From Mobula hypostoma (taxonomy: Eukaryota): 64,000 nucleotides of DNA. Below the pieces are notes generated by a model, which was given only the letters and a program-made list of their open reading frames with translations, had not been told where the DNA came from and searched no databases. This document shows positions 26,050-38,808 of the stretch, in pieces; within the stretch, counting starts at the first letter, position 1; each line of letters starts with the position of its first letter. Made by a program: the position numbers and the translations under genes. Where the stretch lies: the NCBI RefSeq assembly GCF_963921235.1, contig NC_086097.1, forward strand, positions 188,854,001 through 188,918,000, given 5' to 3'.

Positions 26050-26490
26050 GAAATATTTGAAGGGTTAACATATGAGGTTTGTTTGATGGCTCTGGGATAG
26101 TACTTGTGTGAGTTTAGAAGAATGAAGGGGAATCTCACTGAAACTTGAAAGGCCTAAATAGAGTGGATATGAAGATAATGTTGCCAATTGTGTGGAGTCT
26201 AGGACCAGAGGGCATAGCCTCAGAATAAAAGGACATTCCTTTAGAACAGGAAAACAAGGATATCTTTTTAGCCAGAGCATGCTAAATCTGTGGAATTCAT
26301 TGCCACAGATAGCTGTGAAGGCCAAGTCATTGGGGATATATAAAGCGGAGGTTGATAAGTTCTTAAGTAGTAAGGGTGCCAAAGGTTACAGGGAGAAGGC
26401 ACAGATGTGACTGGAAGTGATAAGTCAGCTATGATGGAATGGTGGGACAGACACATTGGGTTGAATGGCCGAATGCTGCTCATATGTCTT
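26050..26490 (+). mobile_element. CR1 3' fragment
   Basis: ESRTRGHSLRIKG...LNLWNSLPQ remnant. Confidence 0.82.
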
Positions 26491-26589
26491 ATTAATGCTT
26501 CACACTAAAAGGAAATTTGCAGCACTTTAGCACTGTTATCTCATTTCTGCAGTATAATGTTGTAACCAAGCAGAGTCCCCGTGCGAGAC

Positions 26590-26929
26590 TCATTCACTAA
26601 GTAAGGAGGCATGGGACCCAAGGAGACCTTGCTTTGTGGATCCAGAATTGGCTTGCCCATGGAAGGCAAAGCGTGGTTGTGGATGGTTTGTATTCAACAT
26701 AGAGGTCAGTGACCAATGGTGTTCTGTTCTGGGGACACCCCCCCCCCAAGTTTGTGATTTTTATAAATAACATGGATGAAGAAGTAGAAGGGTGGGTTAG
26801 TAAGTTTGCTGATGACACAAAGATTGGGGGTGCTGTGGATAGTCTGGAGGGTTGTCAGATGTTACAGTGGGACATTGGAACTGGGTGGAGAACTGGCAGA
26901 TGGAGGTCAACCCAGACAATTGTGAAGTG
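26590..26929 (+). mobile_element. CR1 RT fragment
   Basis: WVSKFADDTKIGG; homologous to the reverse complement of 11240-11560. Confidence 0.82.
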
Positions 26930-27668
26930 ACACACATCAAAGTTGCTGGTGAACGCAACAGGCCAGGCAGCATCTCTAGGAAGAGGTACAGTCGGCGTTT
27001 CAGGCCGAGACCCTTCGTCAGGACTAACTGAAGGAAGAGTGAGTAAGAGATTTGAAAGTGGGAGGGGGAGGGGGAGATCCAAAATGATAGGAGAAGACAG
27101 GAGGGGGAGGGATGGAGCCAAAAACTGGACAGGTGATTGGCAAAGGGGATATGAGAGGATTATGGGACAGGAGGCCCAGGGAGAAAGACAAGGGGGGGGG
27201 AACCTAGAGGATGGGCAAGGGGTATAGTCAGAGGGACAGAGGGAGAAAAAGGAGAGTGAGAGAAAGAATGTGTGTGTAAAAATAAATAACGGATGGGGTA
27301 CGAGGGGGGAGGTGGGGCATTAGCGGAAGTTAGAGAAGTCAATGATCATGCCATCAGGTTGGAGGCTACCCAGATGGAATATAAGGTGTTGTTCCTCCAA
27401 CCTGAGTGTGGCTTCATCTTTACAGTAGAGGAGGCCGTGGATAGACATGTCAGAATGGGAATGGGATGTGGAATTAAAATGTGTGGCCACTGGGAGATGC
27501 TGCTTTCTCTGGCGGACAGAGCGTAGGTGTTCAGCAAAGCGGTCTCCCAGTCTGCGTCGGGTCTCGCCAATGTATAGAAGGCCACATCAGGATATACTGC
27601 GTCCGGTGCTCCTGATGTAGCCTTCTATACATTGGTGAGACCCGACGCAGACTGGGAGACCGCTTTGC
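26930..27668 (-). mobile_element. Young 5'-truncated PLE with an inverted duplication of the GIY-YIG segment at its 5' junction
   Basis: Homologous to 3245-3890. 59-bp inverted arms at 27534-27592 and 27610-27668 (2 mismatches) with a 17-nt spacer; the plus strand there reads YCVRCS*CSLLYIGETRRRLGDRF. Confidence 0.9.
26989..27026 (-). ncRNA. Minimal type I hammerhead motif with a mutated cleavage triplet
   Basis: UAGUC-CUGACGA-AGGGUCUCGGCCU-GAAA-CGCC-GACUG: stem I pairs and the core boxes are intact, but GUC has become GCC. Confidence 0.72.
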
Positions 27669-28710
27669 ACAACTGCTCCTCCCTCCCCATCATCCTCAAC
27701 ACAGGCGTCCCCCAACCCCCAACCCAGGACTGGGTGCTGAGCCCACTGCTGTACGCTCTGTTCATACACAACGGTACAGTCAAACACCTGAGCAATCACA
27801 TTGTCAATTTCGCTGATGACATGATAGTGGTAGGGCTCATCACCAACAACGATGGGACTGCCTACAGAGAGGAGGTGGAAGAGCTCAAGTCCTGGTGCCA
27901 GGCAAATAACCTCTTTCTCAATGTCAGCAAGACAAAGGAAGTGATTATTGACTTCTGGAGAACTTGCACCACTCACACTCCCCTTTACAATGGCAGCACA
28001 GCAGTGGAAACTGTGAGCAGTTTCAAACTCCTGGGTGTGCACATCTCACACAACCTCTCATTAACTCATCCCAGAACTCATCCTACTCAATCAGGAAGGC
28101 TCACCAATGCTTCTACGTTCTGAGGAGGCTGAAGAGAGCTGGACATTGCACACCCATACTCACATCATTCTACAGATGTGCAGTAGAGAGCATCCTACCA
28201 AGGTGCATCACTGTACAGTACTGAAACTCCACTGCAGCAGACAGGAAGACTCTACAACGCTTAGTCAAATATGCCAAAACGCATCACTGGCACCAGTCTA
28301 CCTACCATCAAGGGCATACCTACTGAAAGGTTGGAAAAGGGTCAGTAACATCATGAAGGATCCCACACACCCTGCGCATGGTCCGCTTGTCCCATTCCCC
28401 TCAGGGAGGGGGCTATGTAGGACCACCAGACTCAATAGCAGTAACTTTCTCCTAGCAAAAAGACTGATCAACACCTCCATCCACAAACTCCACCACTACT
28501 TTATTACTTCCCATCGGTCACCTTATGTACAGCCTTGTGGATATACAATCAATTTGTGTACATAAACTACCTAATGTATTTATATTTGTGTATTTTTTTA
28601 GTATTATTATTGTATTCTTTATCTTTTGTGCTGCATTGGATCCAGAGTAACAATTATTTTATTCTCCTTACACTTGTGTACAGGAAATGACAAGAAACAA
28701 TCTTGGATAC
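27669..28710 (+). mobile_element. Rex1/Babar-like LINE 3' remnant
   Basis: VLSPLLYALF, VNFADD, LNVSKTKEVIIDF and SSFKLLGVHI. Confidence 0.85.
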
Positions 28711-29964
28711 ATTTCTTCGACAAGGCTGGTACACTGATCAAGGAGGAGGGAATCATAGTGAGTTAGCAAATTGGATAGGGAAGACATTGTTTTGAAGCTT
28801 GTTTAAGGAATAGATAAGTGTTTTTGTAGCAGTAGTAGTTGAAAGAAAATTGGATAAAAGTAGCCTTTGTGATAGATGGATAACGTTTGGCAAGATCTTC
28901 TCTAGGCAGGCAAGGCAGAAGAGTTCATGGAAGAGATTAATGCTCCTTCTTTACACTTTCTCCAATTCTGCTAGAGGAAAACAGTGACTCACTCAGGTAT
29001 TGGGACAGCAAAAAGGCTGCTGCAGAGTGAAATGAAATGGTGAAACAAAGGCTCAAATTCTGCAGAATGCAAATGGAAGCTAATCTATCTGTAGATTATG
29101 TCACCAAGGAGCAAAATTTGGATTGAGGATAGATTGTGAGGACTTATTCTGCATAAATGAAGATGTTGAAGTAGGACTATGAGGATAGGGATCATCAGAA
29201 TCAGGTTTAATATCACTGGTAATGTTGAGAAATTTGTTAACTTTGCGGCAGCAGTATAATGCAATACATGATAATATAGGAAAATAACTGTGAATTGCAG
29301 AAAATTTATCTATCAAACAGTTAAATTAAATAAATAGTGCAAAAACATAAATAAAATGTAATGAGGTAGTGTTCGAGGACATTAAACAAAAAATGTCAAA
29401 TAAAATGTATGAGGGAGAAATTGTATAGCATTATAAACATATGATAACATGACTGCCTTTTCCTAATATCACTGATGTGTGGTTTTCTTCCTTTCCCTTT
29501 GTATAAGAGCATGTGTGCCTTGGGACTGCAAATCACTAGCATTTTGTCCATTAGAGCACACTAGATGCTAATTATTTCATGAATATGAACACGTCTGGAA
29601 ATCAACCGCTATTAATATACAGATTCCAGTTCACAATAGTGGAACTTAACAAGCAATTAGAAGGCAATTCTGTGATGCAAACTGTATTATTCCTCCCCTG
29701 GAGTTGGCAGCTTTGTGGGAGTGGACACCCAGATTCACAAGTGCTAACCATAACATCCTGGTAGAATGAGTTCGAAGGTAAGCAGTTTGTAGGAAGTCTC
29801 TTTATCTCCAACCTACCAACTGGGTCGTGAGAAAGCACCATTGTAAGAGGTGGCTAGAGTGATAAATGCCATAGGAGAAACATTGACCTGATTGCAGTGC
29901 AGAAAGAAATCAGAGAGCCTCATGATCTGGTTAATACCAGTGGAGGCAAATGCAAATGTCGCTT

Positions 29965-30860
29965 TTAAAAAAAGTCATTTTTGGGATGTGGGCATTGCCA
30001 GCTAAGCCAGCATTTATTGCCCATCCCTAGATGCCCTTGAGCTGCCTTCTTCAACCACTGCAGTCCCTGAAGTGTAGGTACACCTACAGTGCTGTTTGGG
30101 CGGGAATTCCATGATTTTGACCCAGCGACAATGAAAGGATGGTTATATGTTTCCAAGTCAGGATGGGGGATTTCCAAGTGGTGGTGTAACCAGGTATCCG
30201 CTGTTCTCGTCCTTCTAGAATGATGGTAGTGGTCGTGGGACTGGAAGGTGCCGTCTTAGGAACTTTAGTGTGTTGTTGCAGTGCATGTTGTAGATAGTAC
30301 ACACTATTGTAACTGTTCTTCAATGGTGGAGGGACTGGATTCTTGTGGAAAGGGTACCAATCAAGTGGGCTGCCTTGTACTGGATGGTATCAAGCCTCTT
30401 GAGTGCTGATGGAGCTGCACTTATTCAGGTGAGTGGCGAATATTCCATTACTCTCTTGACCTGAGCCTTGTAGATGATAGACAGGCTTTGAGGAGTCAGC
30501 AAGTGAGCTACACGCCACAGGGTTCCTAGCCTTTGACCTGCTCTGGTAGCCACAGTGTTTATATGGCTAGACCAGTTCAGTTTCCTATCAATGGTAACCC
30601 CCAGGACATTGATAGTAGGAGATTCAGTGATAGTGGTGCCACTGAATGTAAAGGGACGATAGTTAGAACTTCTCTTGTTGGAGACAGTCATTGCCTGGTA
30701 CTTGTGTGGCTTGAATGTTACTTGCTATTGTCAGCCCAAGCCAGGTCCTGCTGTGTTTGGGTATGAACTGCTTCACTACCTGAGGAGTCACGAATGGTGC
30801 AGAACATTGTGCAGTCATCTGTAAATATCCTCACTTCTCACCTTATGATGGACGGAAGGT
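29965..30860 (-). mobile_element. Non-LTR retrotransposon 3' remnant (CR1/L2 group)
   Basis: NVLGVTIDRKLNWSSHI...IYKAQVKRVMEYSPL. A related plus-strand relic lies at about 62740-62890. Confidence 0.8.
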
Positions 30861-33844
30861 CACAAACACCATGTACCACCACACCGTCACTCCCACATGT
30901 ACTAAATTTTATACATTCAAGCAAATTTCTTGATCTGTTTTATATTTCATATAACTATTGTTTCTTAAACTATTTCATGCATTTTCTTCCTGAAAGTTAT
31001 AATGTTATTCGCATGTACGCACCGGCCAAGATAATGAATTATTATGGTTGAAGCTGTAATTTTTGCCAAGCTGCATCCAAGTGTAATTCCCTATCTTGGA
31101 AGTTAAAGGTACATGATTTGCTATAACTCTTGTTAAAAATGTTGAAAGAAAATATCAAAAAGATAATTATGAAATTTAAATATGGTCATATTCTATGAAT
31201 TGTTAATGAACTATGAGAAGCTTTATATTGTGGAATCCTTTCCCAAAATCAGCAGGCACTCTAACTTTGGCATTGGTACACATCCCCTGCATGGTTACAC
31301 ATACCTAGAGGGTATTGTGTGCTGAAGCACAGTAACATAGCATGCAGGAGACTTCCCTTTGACCAATACATAATAATAGGTGCGCTGACTGAAACAATAC
31401 ACTATTTTTGGCAGAGATTAACAGCCATTGGCTGCTTACCCAGAGAACTGTCACTGAATGAACCATGAAACCAAATGCTTAAAGATAAAATACAATAAGA
31501 CTCTTGACGGCTGGGTAAAGTAGTACAATTTCTTCGGAAAATCCGTTCTCAAAGGACATGTCTGCTACCAACAGAAAGAAAATATAATAATAATACTTAG
31601 ACAGTTTAATTAAGATAATATGAGAACTAGCCATGGCTTGGTTGTAAAAGATGTTCTCATTTGCAAGGAGGGCATTTTCAGTATTGTTCATGATCTACAA
31701 GACAGCTGTGATTACAAGAGCTTTGTACATGCAGAATTAGACAAGCAGTGGGGAAGAATGCATTAGTGCATGCTGAGGCAGGACAACTGGTCTCATTGTG
31801 AAATGGTCCGATAAAGCAGACTAAATTTGTAAATACCATTCCACATGGATGACAAATTAAAATTCATATTTCCAAATGAAATATTTGGTTTGTAAGATTA
31901 TATTTACAGTTTACAGACAGAATCACAGCTTCCTAGATAAATTGTAAAGGGTTTCTGGACATGTTTTTCTACATTCCTATAGCTTATCGTGATCTCTATA
32001 ATTGGTTGGTCATCAAAATATAAAGTTTCAAAAAATTGCCAAGAAACCAAATATCAAGAGCTACAGTTAACTTTCTTTCCTGTCTCCCAGTTTGAAAAAA
32101 ATCTGTCACATTTTTGCTTGCATGCTATACTCTGGAATTTTCTTACATTCATTATTGATTCCACGAGTTCAGTTTGACAGCATAGAAAGAAAGTAACTAA
32201 TTCTTTTTAACTTTGAAGTCCAATCTGACCATAACTTGTTATTCACCTGAATTTTCATTCAATACGTGGATAGGAACTCACAGGTTCAGAAAGAAAGCAG
32301 TGCACAGAGTGTGCATGAGCAGGAATGTAACCCAAGATGACGGTGTCTTGTTGCAGGGCTAAATTAATTGATGGCTTCTTTCTCCTTATTCTGTGTTAAT
32401 ATAGAGAAATAAAAGTACAGAAAAATAAAGGTTTTAGAAAATCCTGAAATTGAAGAGATATCATGTATTTTGCTACAATAAACCATATGATAAAAGATAT
32501 AAGGAAGGATGAGGTAAAGTAATTTAAACAGAAAATGGTTAATCACAGAATTCATTCAGAGCTTTAACAGAACTGAAGAACTGCTTAAAAGAAAAGTTAC
32601 AGGGAAATAACCTGAATCAGAATAATTTTAATATCACCAGCATAACGTATGTCATGAAATTTGTCAACTTTGCAGCAGCAATACAATGAAATACATGATA
32701 AATAAATATGAGAAAAAATTTGCATTACATTAAGTATACATATGTCTATTAAATAGTTAAGTAGTACAAAAAGAGAAATGAAAAAGTAGTGAGATAGTGC
32801 TCATGGGTTCAATGTCTGTTTAGAAATCGGATGGCAGAAGGAAGAAGCTGTTCCTGAATGGCTGAGTGTGTGCCTTCAGGCTTCTGTACCTCCTAGAATG
32901 CTTCTGTAATGGATCAAGAGAACTGTCCAGATTGCTTTATGGAATCAGTACAAACTTCATATGCTGAATTATCTCCTTCGTGCTGTAATAATTCATCATT
33001 CTATGATCAACAAGGTATGCAAGAAGAATTCTTAAAATATATTTCAGGCTCATAGTGACAATGATTCAAATTCATACCTGTTTCAATTTTGCAACTGGAT
33101 TTGATTGAAATTTAAGTATCATGGAGAGATATAGCTTCTGAATAACACAAGGATTCAATAGCTTTCAAGTAACAGTTTAGTAATACACCTTCAGCATCTT
33201 GAAGGGAGAAACCATTCCACAATGAAACACACAAGACAATGAGTAATGCACTAACTGCATGTAAAATAGGGGGAAATCAATGTGATAAAACTTTTTTTTG
33301 CTTGCATTTAAGGAAGAAGGTGCTTACAGAGAAGGTTCATTAGGTTGGTTCCTGGGATGAATGAACTGATAGAAAAATGTTGAGTTGGAATGAAAGTCGC
33401 TTCTATTGAAACGTAAGATTCTGAGAGGGACTGCCAAGGTGGACGGAGAGGATGTTCCCTTTCTAGAAATAGGGGACATCAGAAAAAAGTTTCATCTATT
33501 TCAGATGTGGACAAAAATGAACTTCTATTTCTCCTAGGGTTTTCTTTGGAAACCTTTGTAATATTTTTATCTCAGGTGGCTATTGATGTGGAGTCATTGT
33601 ATATATTCAAACTTCAGTATACTTTAGTTATTCATGTAAACTAAAAATGCGTCACATGGAAAGAAAGTTGGAAATGACATTGTGAACAAATTTGAATCAA
33701 CTATGATCCGACTGAATGGTTAAGCAGGTTTGAAGGGCCAATTAGCCCACTCCAACCCCTGTTTCTTATGTCTTTATTAATAGATTAATTGATTGAGAAG
33801 TGTTCCATATGAATTTAATTACAGGCAAATGTGAGTTCATCCAA

Positions 33845-34575
33845 AGTTCAAAGTAAATTTTATTATCAAAGTGTATATATGTCACGATATACAACCCTGG
33901 GATTAATTTTTTTGTGGGCATACTCAGTAGATCTATAGAACAGTAACTATAACAGATCCTCCAATGAAAGGCCACCAAACCAGAGTGCAGAAAGAAGAAA
34001 GAGTAATATGATAAATAAGCAATAAATATTGAGAACATAAAATGAAGAGTCCTTGAAAGTGAGTTCATTGGTTGTGGAAACATTTCAATAATGGGACAAG
34101 TGAAGTTATCCCCTTTGGTTCAAGAGCCAGATGATTGAGGGGTTGTAACTGTTCCTAAACCTAGTGGTGTGAGTCCTAACGTTCTTGTACCTTTCTCCTG
34201 ATGGCTGCAGCAAGAAGGGGTGGGGTTCTTTCCTGCAACAGTATTTCATGTAGATGTGCTCAATGGTGGGGAGGGCTTTACCCATGATGGACTGGGCCAT
34301 ACCCACTAATTTTGCAGAGTTTTCCTTTGGTGCTTCCATGCCAGGCTATGATGCAGCCAGTCAATAAACTCCTCTTTACACACATATAATAGCACCTGGA
34401 AATTTAAGGTTGCTAACCCATTTGATATCTGACCCTCCAATGAGGACTGACTCTTGGACCTCTGGTTTCCTTCTTCTGAAGTTTATAATCAGTTCCGTAG
34501 TCTTGCTGACATTGATTGAGAGGTTATTGTTTTGACACCATTCAGCCGAATTTTCAATCTTCCTTCTATATGCCA
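33845..34575 (-). mobile_element. Old Rex1/Babar-like LINE remnant
   Basis: EWCQNNNLSINVSKTTELIINFRR and HTTRFRNSYNPSIIWLLN. Confidence 0.78.
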
Positions 34576-35239
34576 CTAAAGAAAATAGGATTTTATAAAC
34601 AAATCAACAGGAATCTAAAAACAAAATCAGTGATCCAAGTATGCAGATCACTAAAACTTCAAGGCAGATGCAAAAATATTGATATATTAATTTTACAAAA
34701 AGACAGCTGGAGAGATTAGAAACTATAAAACCCATAGAGCTGAAAAACACAATAAATATTTCAGGAGAGAAATTGACTCAGGGAAGGTCAGAAAATTAAA
34801 TGAATCATATTTTCCCACTTTTGGTGATAATATAATCAAATATTAGTAACTAGATCTGGAAAGTTTTACATTGGACTTATTTGAAGAATCCTAGCACTAA
34901 ATTGTGCTTTACTCAATACATCCTGAAATTAGTCAAAAGCAAATATGGTAAAGTTTTAGGGCATTATACTTCCATCAACAAATGCTAAAAATGTGACCAG
35001 CACAGTCCCCTATGGGGTCAAGCTGAATTTACTGCAGGTACTGATATAGTGAAGGTATTGGTTCTGGAGATATGGAAATAAATTTCCACAATCTCATTGT
35101 TGGGAGAGGATGGGAGGGAGGAGGTGAGGTAGGTGAAGTTTAAGAAGGGTTTTCCTTGTGGAGTCCTTGAGACTTTTGATGTTGATTTCTTGCAACAGAT
35201 TTAAGTGCTTCCAATGGGGATAACTGAGTGGATTTGGCA

Positions 35240-35660
35240 GTATTCAGCTCTACTGCCCATTACGGCATTGGCATTTAGGGCAGCAGTGAAGGTCCTCCAT
35301 CTCTAGCAGTGTTCAGGGTTTCCTTCATCATGTCAGTAAGCTCAGCTTTCTCTGCTGTCAGTCATTCAAGTTCTGGGTGGAGACTCAGGAATACCATCGC
35401 ACTCAGGTATAGAAGGGTTCTTCATTGTTGTTTCCGTAACAATTCTGCTTTACCAGTTAGGTTTGTCAGCCCTGAGCTAAACCCCCGAACCTGCAGGACT
35501 GGTGGACCACTTTTACTCTTGCTTCTACCCTTTGACCTGTTTGGCATGGGTCACCCTACCAAGAGCCAAAGCATAAAGCCTTGACTCCAGCCAACATAGC
35601 TCTCCAGGTCATCACTGAGGCATGCAAGCCTCCAAACCACATGGTTGTGGTCCTCCTGGA
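35240..35660. mobile_element. Probable non-autonomous RTE-related retroelement fragment
   Basis: Pattern recognition only (ccctttgacctgtttggcatggg..ccctacca..gactccagccaacatagctctc); no TSD or ORF found. Confidence 0.4.
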
Positions 35661-37269
35661 AGAGGCAGTAGTCAGTCCAACCATTATTGGTAACAATCAG
35701 AACTCTAGTTATGGCACAACCACTTTCTAAGCAATATTTAAGAAAACTCCACTGGAATTCGCTTTGCCCAACTCCTGCTTTGACAGGTTTTGCTGTATGG
35801 GCATACAGGCACACGTACACTGTTCCGATGCTCTGTGTCCTTTCTGAATTTGACACTAAGATCACGAAGAATGATCAGCTTATTTCTCACTGGGGCACAG
35901 GCAAAGTTTTCCTGAAGATTGAAGATCCTCTTCGGCCTCTATAATTCTCAGGGTTGGCACATACATGCTGAAAACATTAGCTTGTTGATTTCATGTTACA
36001 GAAAGCCAGGTTTATTAAACAATATATAATTTAAACAAATAAAATGGTAAATTGTTTTACAATTGTTACATGTAGTGAGGTACAGTGAAAAATTTTGTTT
36101 TGCATTCAGTCCATACAGACGATTACTGTATACACCTTAAACACTTTAGGAATATATTAAATATATTTCTACGTACAATATAGCAGACGCGGTGGGGATG
36201 ACATTCCCCCACGAGAAAATGCCCTGAACACATAGTTCAAACAGCACACAGAATTGTACATCAAGAGGTTCTACCTGACTGAGTAAACAGGTAGGGAAAG
36301 TGATACCACTTGGCTACTGAACTCTCATGAGAATTCACTGTCATGCCTTTATGTTTGGCATTGCTTAGCATTCAATGCCAGCTAATTATAATACAAGCAA
36401 GCACGATTTTCACGCAAAGGCAGAGTGTTTCGGCCATGTCTTTGGATGCCACAGTGAAAGTAATTTGCATATAGTGTATGTCATGGCGATCCAGCAATCT
36501 CTCCATCAATGGACTATTAGGTTTGCTGAGATACCAAGATGAGGAAGCAGCAGTGCTTCTGTACAACACTTTAAACTCTCTCTGGGCGTGTGGAGCAGCT
36601 TGTGCTCTTTCAGGATAACTGCGACTTTTGACCAGTGGACCTGAATGAATTTCTTTCATTTTCTCACACTTTCAAGATAACATTGATTTGCATAGTCCTT
36701 CAGTAATTTCATCAATATTATTTCATTAATATATAAGGAATAAAAAATACTTTTTAAATAAATGAAGGCATCATAGGATAAATAACTAACTGCTTAGGAA
36801 CATCCTATTTTGATTTAGATGTAATGCTCTAGTTCACATCTTTACTGTTATACTGTAGGTATTTCATTTAGCAGCTCTATAAGAGAAGTCTGTTCTGCTT
36901 TCAGCCTGTTTGGGTTATTGTTGAAGATAAGGGGTGATGTCGAATGAGTGCCATCCAATTAGCGGGAGGTTTTTCTTGGTGAGGGACAATAAGGTTGGTC
37001 TTGGGCTTTTGTTTGAGAAGAGATGAAGAGAGAAGAAGCTGGGAAGAACCGGTCGTAGCATACGATCCAGTGGGAGACCCTGTTCAAGATGGATTGCGAA
37101 CGACATTTGGAAGGTGGTGTGTGCTTTCACGTTGACCAAGGGCCCAGCGTATGAGTGACAGAGAAGTTGAACGTGAGCTCCAACTTGTGCACATTTGACT
37201 GTTTAATTAGAATGGACCCTTTTCTTCTTGTTATTCTTTACTAACCCCTTCAGTTAAGATTCATAAATA

Positions 37270-37487
37270 ACACACATAAAAGTTGCCGGTGAACGCAGCA
37301 GGCCAGGCAGCATCTCTAGGAAGAGGCGCAGTTGACGTTTCAGGCCGAGACCCTTCGTCAGGACTCGGCCTGAAACGTCGACTGCGCCTCTTCCTAGAGA
37401 TGCTGCCTGGCCTGCTGCGTTCACCAGCAACTTTTATGTGTGTTGCTTGAATTTCCAGCATCTGCAGAATTCCTGTTGTTTGCGTTT
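37270..37487. mobile_element. 218-bp fold-back mini-PLE made only of two inverted terminal segments
   Basis: 81-bp arms at 37269-37349 and 37364-37444 (2 mismatches) with a 14-nt spacer. 16-bp TSD TTAAGATTCATAAATA (37254-37269, 37488-37503). Nearly identical to 26930-27025. Confidence 0.93.
37329..37365 (-). ncRNA. Minimal type I hammerhead ribozyme motif with an intact catalytic core
   Basis: AGUC-CUGACGA-AGGGUCUCGGCCU-GAAA-CGUC^AACUG. Palindromic ACGU helix III. Predicted cut between 37334 and 37333. The first pair of stem I is a C-A mismatch. Confidence 0.75.
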
Positions 37488-37505
37488 TTAAGATTCATAA
37501 ATATA

Positions 37506-38808
37506 CAGCTTTCCCCCGCCATCCAAAGGTAGAGCGTTCCTATGAAATTGTTCGTAAGCTGGAATGTCGTAAAGTGAAGAAGCAATTACCGTTTATTTAT
37601 ATGGGAAAAATTTGTGAGCATTCGCAGACCCAAAAAAAACCCTACCAAATCATGCCAAATAACACATAAAATCTAAAATAACTGTGACATATAGTAAAAG
37701 CAGGAATGATATGATAAATATACAGCCTATATAAGGTAGAAATTCTTTTCTGCATGTCCACCATAGCGAAATCTCACGCAAGCGCTCTCAGCAGAAACAC
37801 TCGGCACAAGCGCTCGCGGCAGAAACACTCTGTCCAGTAACCTTTTAGCTATGAAGCTGCCAAATCATACCAAATAACACATAAAAATACACAGCCTATA
37901 TAAAGTAGAAATAATGTATGTACAGTGTAGTATCACTTAACCGGAATTGGGAAGACAGTGAGTACACTGATGTTGGTGTGTTAGGCTGAGTCATCGGAGG
38001 TTGGGGTGGTGGGAAACTGGGGTGTCATCTCATAGTTGTCTGTTTCCATCAGGGCAGACAGGTCATCTTCTTCTATGTCTGCCTGCCTCGATGTCGAAGG
38101 TTGAGGTTCGTCGTCTGCTGTGGAAGGCTTGAAAAACAACAGTATGCTTGACTGCTTAGCCTCGCGCATTTTTCTATCATACTGTTCTTTGTAAGTACTC
38201 AAACCATCCTGCAAATATGCCCTAAACCTAAGTACCCTTTCAAAATTAAAGTCGTACTTTTCTGCAATCATTGTTGTCAATTGCAGTGAAAATCTCACGC
38301 AGTTGCTTCACGTTCAGTCCTTGGACGAATTCACTTTTGGTCCGTTTGCTGCTGCATTCGGTTTTGATTGTTATCCTTTCCTCTTCCAATTGCATTAGCT
38401 CTTCATTTTGGTCAGGGAATGCCAAAACCTCTTCCAACATCATCTTCGTCAACTTCCACAAGCCAAACTTACTTCGTCCTTACTTTGTTCACCACGATCG
38501 AACCAGTTAATTATGTCTAGTTTTACACTAAGTGCGACACCCTTACAAGCTCTTTTAATGCTTTTCCGATACCTTAGAACTCATCTTGCTAACGGATGCG
38601 CAAAATAAATCCACATAAAGCACAGATGGTCACAGGCAATGCCGGCTAGAATGCAGTTCCTGGGGAGGAGCTTGGCTGCTCGGGGCGCGCGCTGCCTTTT
38701 TTCGTAACAGTGGCAATACCTTCTGTTAGCGAAAACAGTTAACTAATGTAGGTCTTTCGTAACAGCGAGGTGTCGTAAAGTGAACATTCGAAAAGCGGGG
38801 GACACCTG
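37506..38808 (-). mobile_element. Internally deleted Tigger (Tc1/mariner-pogo) DNA transposon
   Basis: TA TSDs (37504-37505, 38809-38810). TIRs CAGCTTTCCCCCGC / GCGGGGGACACCTG (2 mismatches). Tigger-like C-terminal remnant EELMQLEEER...YDRKMREAKQSSILLFFKP. Confidence 0.88.

Noticed and set aside
36372..36659. 95-aa ORF as a nested gene or extra exon
   Set aside because: No recognisable domain, and the kinase is complete without it.
37269..37444. DNA-transposon MITE or pre-miRNA gene
   Set aside because: The arms are PLE terminal sequence, one arm has a 43-nt unpaired extension, and the 16-bp TSD does not fit the hAT (8 bp) or Tc1/mariner (TA) elements here. Small-RNA production remains untested.
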